Source: Octopus sinensis (Eukaryota). From it: a stretch of DNA of 64,000 bases. Below the pieces are notes generated by a model. The model saw only the letters and a list, made by a program, of their open reading frames with translations, was not told where the DNA came from and ran no database searches. The stretch covers positions 6,634,001-6,698,000 of the forward strand of contig NC_043010.1 of assembly GCF_006345805.1 (NCBI RefSeq), read 5' to 3'. Made by a program: the position numbers and the translations under genes. Every line of letters begins with the position of its first letter. Position 1 is the first letter of the stretch. Positions 52,956-64,000 of the stretch are shown here, piece by piece.

Positions 52956-53008
<53 letters not shown>

Positions 53009-53110
53009 ATCTATCTATCTATCTGTTTATCTATCTATCTATATATCTACACACACACACACAGACACACACACACACACACACATATATGTATGTGTGT
53101 GTTTGTGTGT
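52905..53110. repeat. (CTAT)n and (CA)n microsatellite
   Basis: Seen directly. Confidence 0.9.
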
Positions 53111-53160
53111 ATGTGAAATTAAAAGACAGACAGTCACATAGACACACAAGCACACACTAA

Positions 53161-53508
53161 TCATCATCATCGTTTAACGTCCGTTTTCCATGCTAGCATG
53201 GGTTGGACGGTTCAACTGGGGTCTGGGAAGCCAGAAGGCTGCACCAGGCCCAGTCTAATCTAGCAATGTTTCTACAGCTGGATGCCCTTCTTAACACCAA
53301 CCACTCCATGAGTGTAGTGGGTGCTTTTTACGTGCCACCGGCACAGGTGCCAGGCGAGGCTGGCAAACGGCCACGATCGGATGGTGCTTTTTACGTGCCA
53401 CCGGCACGGGGCCAGGCGAGGCTGGCAACGGCCATGATCAGATGGTGCTTTTATGTGCCACTGGCACTGGTATCACAGCTACAGTTTCCATTGATGTTGA
53501 TCGATTTT
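53161..53508 (-). mobile_element. Family E repeat with three internal tandem units
   Basis: Same subfamily end as the 34294 copy (tggtatcacagctaca..tccattgatgttgatcgatttt). Confidence 0.9.
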
Positions 53509-53639
53509 ATATACATACACATGTAGATATATGCAAACACACACATATATATACACACATACACATATCTTTGTACAGATACAAATATACATTCGTCCTT
53601 ACTGACCCTAGTTTTTTTGAGAACCACTGAAATACCGAC

Positions 53640-54150
53640 TGAGATATTTAGTTAGAAAGAGAACAGGGGGAAATTGATTTGTGCCAATTTCACCATGTCT
53701 TCCCAAATGAGCAATGTTGCAATGACAAAGACCATACAAGGCCTTCAGTAATGGTACCAACATTCACTTTCTGACTTCCATCTTCAAAGTCCATACAAGA
53801 ACCATCAAGAGAATTGTGAATAAGTTTGAGAAAGAGGAAATAGTGGAAAGGAAAATTGGATCAGGATGTCATAACTGCAAGAGGGACCAACATTTCAATA
53901 TGGAGCTGTGAGATAAACCAGAAGAGATCCAACTCAATCCCCAAGACATTTGCAACATATTACAGGAGTTTTGATTATGAAAGTTCCAAGAACGGTGGCA
54001 GAAGACATGAAAAGGAAATCGTACAGAGACCTGTGTGGCATCTTGTTATTCCAAGACAAAAGGATAGAAGATTGGAAAGGGTGAACGTCATCTTGAACAA
54101 AGCGAAACATAACATGGTTAGAAATTCAATTATTTTTCATAGTGGTTTGG
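53640..54150 (+). mobile_element. Decayed Tc1/mariner (maT/DD37D-like) transposase N-terminal fragment
   Basis: KVHTRTIKRIVNKFEKEEIVERKIGSG ... RTVAEDMKRKSYR / PVWHLVIPRQKDRRLERVNVILNKAKH...IIFHS, with frameshifts. Confidence 0.7.
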
Positions 54151-54427
54151 TTTAGCTGAGGTCTTTGTATGTGTGTGAATGTATGTGTCTGTATGTTAAT
54201 GCTAGTATGTGTATGAATGTATGTATATGTATTTTTAATGTGTGGTGAATTGTATACATGCACACATGTGCACACACGTGTGTGTGTGTGTGTATAGTGA
54301 GAGATGGAGAGATGGGGTAGGTGAGATAAAATCTCTTGTCTTTTGTTCAAAAGAGAAAATCTGTTTGCAATGACACACATTCAAGTTTTTGGACAAGCAC
54401 AAACACACAGCCACTAACACACACACA

Positions 54428-54429
<2 letters not shown>

Positions 54430-54463
<34 letters not shown>

Positions 54464-54550
54464 GCTATAATAGAAGACACTTGGTGTCACACAGTGGTGC
54501 TAAACCCAGGACCATATAGCTAAGAAACAGGCTTCTTACCACACAGACAG
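54430..54550 (-). mobile_element. SINE A 5' fragment
   Basis: ctataatagaagacacttgg...cttaccacacag. Confidence 0.6.
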
Positions 54551-54644
54551 GATTTTGTTTTCTACAACAGAGGTTATAGAAAAAATAAAAGGTAAGTATA
54601 TAACCAGCTTCCGAACAATTCTAATTATCAATTTGCATTTTATG

Positions 54645-55052
54645 TATACTCTTTTACTCTTTTACATGTTTCAGTCATTTGACTGTGGCCATGCTGGAGC
54701 ACTGCCTTTAATCGAGCAACTCGACCCCGGGACTTATTCTTTTGTAAGCCCTTATTCTATCGGCCTCTTTTGCTGAACCGCTAAGTAACGGGGACATAAA
54801 CACATCAGCATCGGTTGTCAAACAATGCTAGGGGGACAAACACAGACACACAAACACACACGCATATATACATATATATACATATATATGACAGGCTTCT
54901 TTCAGTTTCCATCTACCAAATCCACTCACAAGGCTTTGGTCGGCCCGAGGTTATAGTAGAAGACACTTGCCCAAGGTGCCACACAGTGGGACTGAACCCG
55001 GAACCATGTGGTTGGTAAACAAGCTACTTACCACACAGCCACTCCTGCGTCT
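54645..55052 (-). mobile_element. SINE A
   Basis: Full-length family A. Confidence 0.9.
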
Positions 55053-55480
55053 ATATATCTCTTTTGGCAACATCATGCAACAGATAACAGTTTCTTTGAT
55101 ATAATAAATAAAAATTTCTAGACGTAGTTCTGCTTACTGATGGTGAAAATTTTTGATAAATTTATAGTTTAAGACCTAACTCGATTTTGGTGGGAAATGA
55201 TGTTTTTTTCCTCATTTTTTCTTGTTCTATCAACTAGTCTCATCACAAATGCCACAAATGATTTTTTCCCATGGAAATTGGAGGTGGGTGGAGTAGGGTA
55301 GATCCTTGGAAATTCCTCCCCCGCACCCCACCCAATTGGGCCCTGCACTTCCAAAGACCAACACTGCCACAAAGTCATCTTTAAGCATTCCTGAGATATA
55401 AAGTTTTGAAGCTGGATCTAAAATTTGGACAGTTTTGTGATACGACCAGTATACACATATGTATGTCTCTACATAGGAGT

Positions 55481-55904
55481 GGAGTGGCTGTGTGGTAAGT
55501 AGCTTGCTTATGAACCACATGGTTCCGGGTTCAGTCCCACTACGTGGCACCTTGGGCAAGTGTCTTCTACTATAGCCTCGGGCCGACCAAAGCCTTGTGA
55601 ATCGATTTGGTAGATGGAAACTGAAAGAAGCCCATCGTATATGTGTATATATATATATATATATATGTATATGTATGTATGTGTGTGTATATGTTTGTGT
55701 GTCTGTGTTTGTCCCCACAATATTGTTTGACAACCGATGCTGGTGTAATTACGTCCCCGTAACTTAGTGGTTCAGCAAAAGAGACCGATCGAATAAGTAC
55801 TAGGCTTACAAAGAATAAGTCCTGGGGTCGATTTGCTCGACTAAAGGCGGTGCTCCAGCATGGCCACAGTCACGTGACTGAAACAAGTAAAAAAAAAAAA
55901 GAGT
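55481..55904 (+). mobile_element. SINE A (opposite orientation)
   Basis: Full-length family A. Confidence 0.9.
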
Positions 55905-56251
55905 ATGTGTTTATATGTGTGTGCGTGTGCATGCATGTGTATACATGTGTTGCACTTGACTGTTACTTCTCAATCTGACTAGAATCCTTAAAACTACTAA
56001 TCTCATGGACATTTCTATGACCTTAATAGGCCTGGGTGGTGGTGGTGGTGGTGGTGGTGGTGGTGGTTATCTCTCAGTTTTTGCTTTTCTTTCTCTCTCT
56101 CTTTTGATTTTAGATTCTCTCACTTTCTATCTATTTCCATTTTTTTTTTACCTGTCTGGATTCTTAGGGCCAGACACATGTACAATATATATCAACATAC
56201 ATATTCTCTCCCTATTTTATGTATGCATATAGATAAGTTATTTTATGTATG

Positions 56252-56657
56252 TACTTTACTCTTTTACTCTTTTACTTGTTTCATTCATTTGACTGCGGCC
56301 ATGCTGGAGCACCGCCTTTAATCGAGCAACTCAACCCCAGGACTTATTCTTTTGTAAGCCCAGTACTTATTCTATTGGTCTCTTTTGCCGAACTGCTAAG
56401 TAACGGAGACATATACACACCAGCATCGGTTGTCAAGCAATGCAAGGGGGACAAACACGCACATGCATCGATATATATATATACATATATACGACGGGCT
56501 TCTTTTCAGTTTCCGTCTACCAAATCCACTCACAAGGCTTTGGTCGGCCCGAGGCTATAGTAGAAGACACTTGCCCAAGGTGTCACACAGTGGGACTGAA
56601 CCTGGAACCATGTGGTTGGTAAACAAGCTACTTACCACATAGCCACTCCTGCACCTA
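56252..56657 (-). mobile_element. SINE A
   Basis: Full-length family A. Confidence 0.9.
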
Positions 56658-56674
56658 CTTTGTATATTCTTTTG

Positions 56675-57060
56675 TTCTTTTACTTGTTTCAGCCATATCA
56701 CTGCAGCTATGCTGGAACACCGCCTTGACGGGTTTTAGTTGAATAAATCGACCCCAGGATTTATTTTTTAAGCCTAGTACTTATTTTCTCAGTTTCTTTT
56801 GTTTTGCTGAACTGCTATGTTATAGGACAAATATGCACCAACAGTAGTTGTGAAGCAGTGGTGGGGGAACAAGCACGGACACATACATATATACACGATG
56901 GGTTTCTTTCAGCTACCATCTACCAAATCCACAAATGAGGCATTGGTCAGCCGAAGGTTATAGTAGAAGACACTTGTACAAGGTGCCATGCATGGGGACT
57001 GAACCCAGAACCATGTGGTTGGGAAGCAAGCTTCTTATCACACAGCCACGCTTGTGCCTA
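56675..57060 (-). mobile_element. SINE A, diverged
   Basis: Family A body and head. Confidence 0.8.
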
Positions 57061-57264
57061 TATATATATATATACATACACACACACATATTTATCTGCA
57101 CTCTTTCTACAGTATTAAGAATATTTTAACCTTTATTTCTAGCAATGTAGGTACATTGATACCTTTATTCACACTTAATGAAAACTGAATTTTTTTTTAT
57201 GGTACCACATTGCACCTAGCTGCTTATATTAATTATATAGATATATATACATATATATATATAT

Positions 57265-57541
57265 ATCTGTAAATGTAATATGTGACACTTATTTGGTAGC
57301 CATGATAAAATTCTAAGTTTCGGATGTCAAGGTGGAAATCCACACCACCATCTCTTCAGTTATCTGGCCATCGGAAAAAATGCTATGTGTTTTTTCACCC
57401 TGTTTTTCATAGATTTTTTATAGCATTTTTTCCAATGGCTAGATCACTATAGAGATGGTGGCGTGAATTTCCTCCCTGACATCCGAAACTCGGGGTTTTA
57501 TCATGGCTACTGAATAACTGTCACATATTACATATACAGAT
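57265..57541. mobile_element. Foldback MITE: ~120-bp inverted arms with a 33-bp spacer
   Basis: 57265-57386 is the reverse complement of 57420-57541. Confidence 0.8.
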
Positions 57542-57994
57542 AAATTTCATCTATTTACATAATATCAAGGTCTCTTTCATTCTTTTGTTGTCTTACCATT
57601 TCTATCAATATATATATATATATTTGTTTCTTTTTTTCTAGGTAATATATGACATGACATAAGACAATATGTAATATAAACAGTTATTGTTCCGGTCAGA
57701 TTTATGCCTAAACTCAAGCTTTAAATGCGGAGAAGTGATAGCTGCTTGACAGAAGATTGTTTAAAGGCAATGTACCGATTGAGCTGGTATAGCAAAACAA
57801 AAGCATAAACAAGTAGACAATACCTGTTGTCTGCCTGTTTAGTTGGTATCTATTATGAACTATCATTTATAGCCAGATTGGCATTCAAGATACATTGTTT
57901 ACAAAAGACATATTTAGCATTGTTACATCTTAAATGTAAACAAATTTACTTTCTTGCTTGTAAGTTTAAAGCATCTAATTTGGTTGGATGAACA

Positions 57995-59745
57995 TTGGAA
58001 AACTAGTTCTGTGTATCATGGAGCAGTATCATGACTTCTGGGTAACAGTAGATTCAAAGTTCGTGTCCTGCTGGTAACGTTCCACCGTTTTTTTCTGACC
58101 AAAGAATTCTTAACCCAGTGTATCATGAATTATTATTGTGACTGAATTAGCATTTGAGATATATTATTTAAAGAAGAATTATTTATTTTTAATGCTACTT
58201 GTAAAGCATTGGAAAACTAGTTCTGTGTATCATGAAGCAGTATCATGACTTCTGGGTTACAGTAGATTCACAGTTTGTGTCCTGCCGGTAATGTTCCACC
58301 GTTTTTTTCTGACCAAAGAATTTTTAACCCAGTGTATCATGAATTATTATTGTGACTGAATTAGCATTTGAGATATATTATTTAAAGAAGAATTATTTAT
58401 TTTTAATGCTACTTGGAAAACTAGTTCTGTGTATCATGACTTCTGGGTTACAGTAGATTCACAGTTTGTGTCCTGCCGGTAATGTTCCACCGTTTTTTTC
58501 TGACCAAAGAATTTTTAACCCAGTGTATCATGAATTATTATTGTGACTGAATTAGCATTTGAGATATATTATTTAAAGAAGAATTATTTATTTTTAATGC
58601 TACTGGAAAACTAGTTCTGTGTATCATGACTTCTGGGTTACAGTAGATTCACAGTTTTGTCCTGCCGGTAATGTTCCACCGTTTTTTTCTGACCAAAGAT
58701 TCTTAATCCAGTGTATCATGAATATTATTGTGACTGAATTAGCATTTGAGATATATTATTTAAAGAAGAATTATTTATTTTTAATGCTACTTTGAAAACT
58801 AGTTCTGTGTATCATGACTTCTGGGTTACAGTAGATTCACAGTTTGTGTCCTGCCGGTAATGTTCCACCGTTTTTTTCTGACCAAAGAATTTTTAACCCA
58901 GTGTATCATGAATTATTATTGTGACTGAATTAGCATTTGAGATATATTATTTAAAGAAGAATTATTTATTTTTAATGCTACTTGGAAAACTAGTTCTGTG
59001 TATCATGACTTCTGGGTTACAGTAGATTCACAGTTTGTGTCCTGCCGGTAATGTTCCACCGTTTTTTTCTGACCAAAGAATTTTTAACCCAGTGTATCAT
59101 GAATTATTATTGTGACTGAATTAGCATTTGAGATATATTATTTAAAGAAGAATTATTTATTTTTAATGCTACTGGAAAACTAGTTCTGTGTATCATGACT
59201 TCTGGGTTACAGTAGATTCACAGTTTTGTCCTGCCGGTAATGTTCCACCGTTTTTTTCTGACCAAAGATTCTTAATCCAGTGTATCATGAATATTATTGT
59301 GACTGAATTAGCATTTGAGATATATTATTTAAAGAAGAATTATTTATTTTTAATGCTACTTTGAAAACTAGTTCTGTGTATCATGACTTCTGGGTTACAG
59401 TAGATTCACAGTTGTGTGTCCTGCCGGTAATGTTCCACCGTTTTTTTGACCAAAGAATTCTTAATCCAGTGTATCATGAATTATTATTGTGACTGAATTA
59501 GCATTTGAGATATATTATTTAAAGAAGAATTATTTATTTTTAATGCTACTTGGAAAACTAGTTCTGTGTATCATGACTTCTGGGTTACAGTAGATTCACA
59601 GTTTGTGTCCTGCCGGTAATGTTCCACCGTTTTTTTCTGACCAAAGAATTCTTAATCCAGTGTATCATGAATTATTATTGCGACTGAATTAGCATTTGAG
59701 ATATATTATTTAAAGTAGAATTATTTATTTTTAATGCTACTTGTA
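57995..59745. repeat. Tandem satellite, nine units of ~188-214 bp, with a 569-bp 3-mer higher-order period
   Basis: Unit starts at about 57997, 58211, 58415, 58605, 58793, 58984, 59174, 59362 and 59552. Confidence 0.95.
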
Positions 59746-61394
59746 AAGTAGCCCTACCACCATGTATTTCTTCAACACTTTTCTCAAAGCAAGGATAGAA
59801 CAATCACTCTAGGTCACTTCACTAAAATTGTTTCCTGTTTCGCTTCTTTTTCTCATCCATATCCTGGATTTTTTAGGTTCCTTTCTTTTTTTCTCTGGAA
59901 GTGTTTCTTTAAACTTTTTCTCATTCACTTATTTTTTTATATCAATCAGCTTTGCTCTTTATCTGTCACTTAGCTGCTTACTAAGATTGTCTACTTCCTT
60001 AGCATCCTCATCTTCTCTATGCCTGCTGCTTTTCACAGCTGCATATTACAACCATGCATTTCTCCTGAACAACAACAACAACAACAGCAACAAAAAAGTG
60101 AACTATAAAATCATGTAAACACATAATAAAACACTAAAATATAAAACCCTCAAGAGAGAGAAACATAAAAGTGTTTAAAAAAATGAAGAAAAGCTACAAA
60201 AATTATTTTTTTTCTTCTCCTTCTCTCTAAAGGAAGATTAAATGGTGTTAAGTTGACGCCCATCACTTTGTCATTGGCTTAATTCATGTTAGGTTTTTGT
60301 TTGCGATTCTGCAATTTGTTTTTGAAATGAAGCAGAGACTTTAAAAAATTTTTTGGTTTGTTTATCTTTTTTATTTTTTATTTTTGCTTTTAAATGTTAT
60401 TCAACTAAAATCTGACAAAGCTGTTTTGTACTCAGCCATCCACTAATCCCTCATCAATGACTATTTCAGCTTTCATTCTACATACTGTGGTGCTGATTTG
60501 AATGAATGTAATATTCTCAAGCAGAAGAGAATGTTGGAAATAAGATTTTAATATTTATAACTCAATCACAAAAGGAATACAAAGGACAGAATGGAATTAA
60601 TCCATCTTTTGTAGTCAATTCCCTTGTTTAAGGATTTAAGTATACAATCAGTTTGTTTTATGTATGTATAAAGTAAATAATGTTTCTTTTCATTTTTTAT
60701 TCACTGCTGAGCTATTTGTGTGTCATCTTAAACTACAATTTTGAGGCATTAATGGGAAAAAGACATTAGAAGCTGCAACATCTATTTCTAGTGAGGCTGC
60801 CTAAAATTGGGGGCATACCAAGGAAAAAAAATCAACAAAATTATTTCCCAAAACCCAGAAGTAAAGGAAAAACCTTTTGTACTAATCAGCGTGTCAATTA
60901 GTAGATGCTTGTTTCATGGTTGGCTACAGAAGTGAGATATCATATTGTACTAAAATTACAGTATCTTATGCCAATTTGATATTTATAGATGTCAAACATC
61001 CGGGCAAGTTATTCTTTTATAAAGGATAGCTATGTTAGTGCTAGACTTGATGAGCCAAACACTTTGAATAGTTAAAATTACACTTGTGGTGAGGGAGAAA
61101 AACATAATTAGGGGAGGGGATCTATAAATTTAAAACAGTAAAAATCCCAATATGCAAAGCAATTAAAAATCCAGAAATTTAAAACAATAAAAATCTAGAA
61201 ATTTAAAATAATTAAAAACTGGACTGGGTAAGATCTTTCTTATGTACAATGACAAATCTTGACATGTTTCAGGTTTTCTGTACCTCCACAGTAAAGTAAA
61301 GCTTTCACCTGTATTTATCAGATCCCAAACATTTTAAATAATCATCTCTAATATGGACATAAAACCAGAAATTTATGTTAAGAGTGTTGGTCAA

Positions 61395-61550
61395 TTATAT
61401 CAATGCTAATACTTGACTGTACCTTATTTTAATGATCTTGAAAAGATGAAGGATGAAGTTGGCTACAAGGGATTTGAACTCAAGATATAAAGAGCCAGAA
61501 CAAATACTGCAGGACAGTTTTTCATCAGCTCTAAGGATTCTACCAATCCA
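61395..61550 (-). mobile_element. SINE B, degenerate
   Basis: gggatttgaactcaagatataaagag...aggattctacca. Confidence 0.6.
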
Positions 61551-62194
61551 CAATGACTAATGTTTATAGATATTAGATACCTATTAATTTATAAAAGGTA
61601 TTATATACAAGTTGAGCAACCTAAGTACTGATTACTAACAAAATATAAAATGAATTTTTTACAATTAGTTCCTTGAGAAAACAAACTAGCTTTGTTGTAT
61701 CTGTAAGGCACACACACACACACACACATACACACACACATATACATACATACATACATACATACATACATACATACATACATACATACATACATGTGTA
61801 TATATGTATAAAAAGCATGGTAAATAGTACATAACAGCTCATGAGTTCTAATAAAATCCTAGTACATCTGTAATTGTTATCATACAGGTACCAATCAATC
61901 AAACTCACTCCTCTCAGTGTTCTCAATGTAATTAGTTTAATTTAGCTGTCTCACTCTACAGTGTTTGACTAGGGTTAACCATTGAGAGGATTTTTTTCCT
62001 CATTACTACAGATGTAGATTTTATTCAAGACATTTGTTGGCTCACTATCTTATTTTCTGGCATAAGAAATGCATGGGTATTTTAGACACACCTCAGTTTC
62101 AGCAGCACATATTCAAGAAAAATGTTTTAGTGCATTAAAGCATATATATATAGACCCAATGTAGGACCCAGAGTAATAGTGATTTCAAATTTTG

Positions 62195-62393
62195 GCACAA
62201 GGCCAGCAGTTTAGGTTGAGAGGGTAAGTCAATTACATTAATCGTAGTACTTGACTGGTACTTATTTTATCGACCTGGAAAGGATGAAAGGTAAAGCTGA
62301 CCTCAGTGGAATTTAAACTCAAAACGTAAAGAAAGATGAAATGCCACTAAGCATGTCACTCAACATGCTAACAATTCTGCCAGCTTGCCGCCT
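62195..62393 (-). mobile_element. SINE B, diverged
   Basis: ctggtacttattttatcgacc...ttctgccagcttgccgcctta. Confidence 0.75.
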
Positions 62394-63614
62394 TAGGACC
62401 CAGAGTATACTGAGACATCTCTCTTAAGGAAAATTGCATCTTATATCCCCTCAGATTCAGTATGTCAAGTATATTAGCACCCATTTTACTATTTCAATTA
62501 ATATATTTGTTCTTTCTTGATGAATAAGTTACATGGTTATATGCGTACACAAAGTGCAAAAATTCTGAAGGAATTTTTTGTGTTGCCCTCAGCAATATCT
62601 CTACCAGCCAAGGTCTATTTTCTGTGAGCTTCTCTAAAAGCAAATGGAAATGAACATAAAATGGTAGAATATTTCCAATTGATGCCATTTTCCTAATACC
62701 TTCACTAATGTAGAATCCATTACCATTTCACAAATCTTAATCTTCGAGGATTCCAAACAGAGTTCCAGTGAAATAGATTGACTGGTTGTTAATCTCAGTC
62801 TTAAACATAAATCGCTACTCTTTAGTTGGATGGCTGTGACCAATAAAATCTAAGTGTTTGCTTAAATGAATACCAAAATGCTATTTGTGACCAGGCGAGC
62901 TTTTGTTTGTGAGTGAAAGTAATTGTAAAACAATTTCTAGAAATTGAAATGCATTTATTCATAACATAGAAATGAAAAAAAACATTTTAAAATGGTATTC
63001 TATTTGCTTTAATTAATTACTGTTATCAGCCAGCACCATTTTCATCTAATTCAACCATCTGCACATTCATCACTCATTCACACTCTCTCACTTCCTTCCT
63101 GCTCTTAAATTTCTTCATATTTTTTCCAGTCCATCTCCCAATGCTCTGCTCTGCCTCATTTATATGCTGATGTTATGGAAAAAGAAAAAGAAACAGAAAG
63201 TGAAAAGAGAAGAGAAGAGACACAGAGAGATAGACTGACAGACAGACAGAACAGTTGGAGAAAGAGAGAGAGGCTGAAAAGAGAGAGAGAGGGTGAAGCT
63301 GAGAACAGAGATAGGGAAAAAGTGAATTTAAAACTATACAAGCCTTTCATTTCATGAGATGTGTTTCAAGATTTCAAAAAAAAAAAAAGAACTAAAAACT
63401 AAAAAAATGTCAGTTTGCATTAATTGAGAACAATTGGTGATTTTTTTATTCCGCTCATAACTTTACAATCAATCAGAAATAGCTAATGTTTGCATTTTAA
63501 ATTGACATATGTCTCCATTTAAAATCTGCAGTATCTTCGACACATTTTGTAAAAATTATTTTGTTTATAATCTTCATCTTAACATCTAGGTTCTAACTTT
63601 TAGGAATTTCAAAA

Positions 63615-63918
63615 CATATGTACGCATATGTGTGTGTGTGTGTGTGTGTGTGCGTGTGCGTGTATGTGCGTGTGTGTGAATGTATATGTATATACACATA
63701 CACACACACATGTGCATGCGCGTGCATAATCTATATGTGTGTGTGTGTGTATATATAAATATATATATATATATATGTATGTACGTATATATATATATAT
63801 ATATATACACATATGTATATATATAATATATGATACATATACATATAATATATATGAATATACATATGTATATTAGATTACATATGTATATTAGATATAC
63901 ATATGTATATTAGATTAG
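63615..63918. repeat. (TG)/(TA) microsatellites and a ~19-21 bp unit (acatatgtatattagat) x3
   Basis: Seen directly. Confidence 0.85.
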
Positions 63919-64000
63919 TGCTCCACCATAGTTTAGCAACTATTATATCGGCCTATGCCCCTCAGCCAGGGCTACCTGATGGACAGAAAGACTGTTTCTA

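Noticed and set aside
55130-55175. Possible decayed second copy of the hammerhead element (gtgaaaatttttgataaatt)
   Set aside because: Stem I, the core and stem II cannot be recovered, and the similarity is short and AT-rich.
57995-59745. CRISPR-like array
   Set aside because: There are no unique spacers; whole units are repeated, and the context is eukaryotic.
59800-60060. Lys/Glu-rich minus-strand reading frame after a gttgttcag acceptor
   Set aside because: It has multiple in-frame stops, and the resemblance to a Harbinger N-terminus is too weak to call.

Overview
Eukaryotic, AT-rich, repeat-saturated DNA. The SINE families and microsatellite load look like an octopod cephalopod (Octopus-like); this is an inference from sequence style, not a database result. 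The window is mostly intron. The only convincing host-gene signal is a minus-strand gene with two phase-compatible exons (16061-15911 and 5948-5689). They encode a cytoplasmic tail with a protocadherin-like DSGHGGSE motif and a terminal KPLPPIP motif. The rest is five interspersed SINE-type families (labelled A-E here), RTE LINE fragments, pogo/Tc1/maT/mariner remnants, MITE/foldback elements, a ~190-bp satellite and very long microsatellites. Almost all ORFs in the supplied track are microsatellite or SINE artefacts. Best finds: (1) a minimal type I hammerhead ribozyme with a compensatory G3-C8 core at 37055-37104; (2) an RTE LINE insertion with a twin-priming-type 5' inversion; (3) a three-level nested insertion; (4) a 3-mer higher-order repeat in the satellite; (5) a flip/flop hairpin loop; (6) head/tail module shuffling among SINEs. 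Repeat boundaries are approximate unless a TSD or TIR is quoted.
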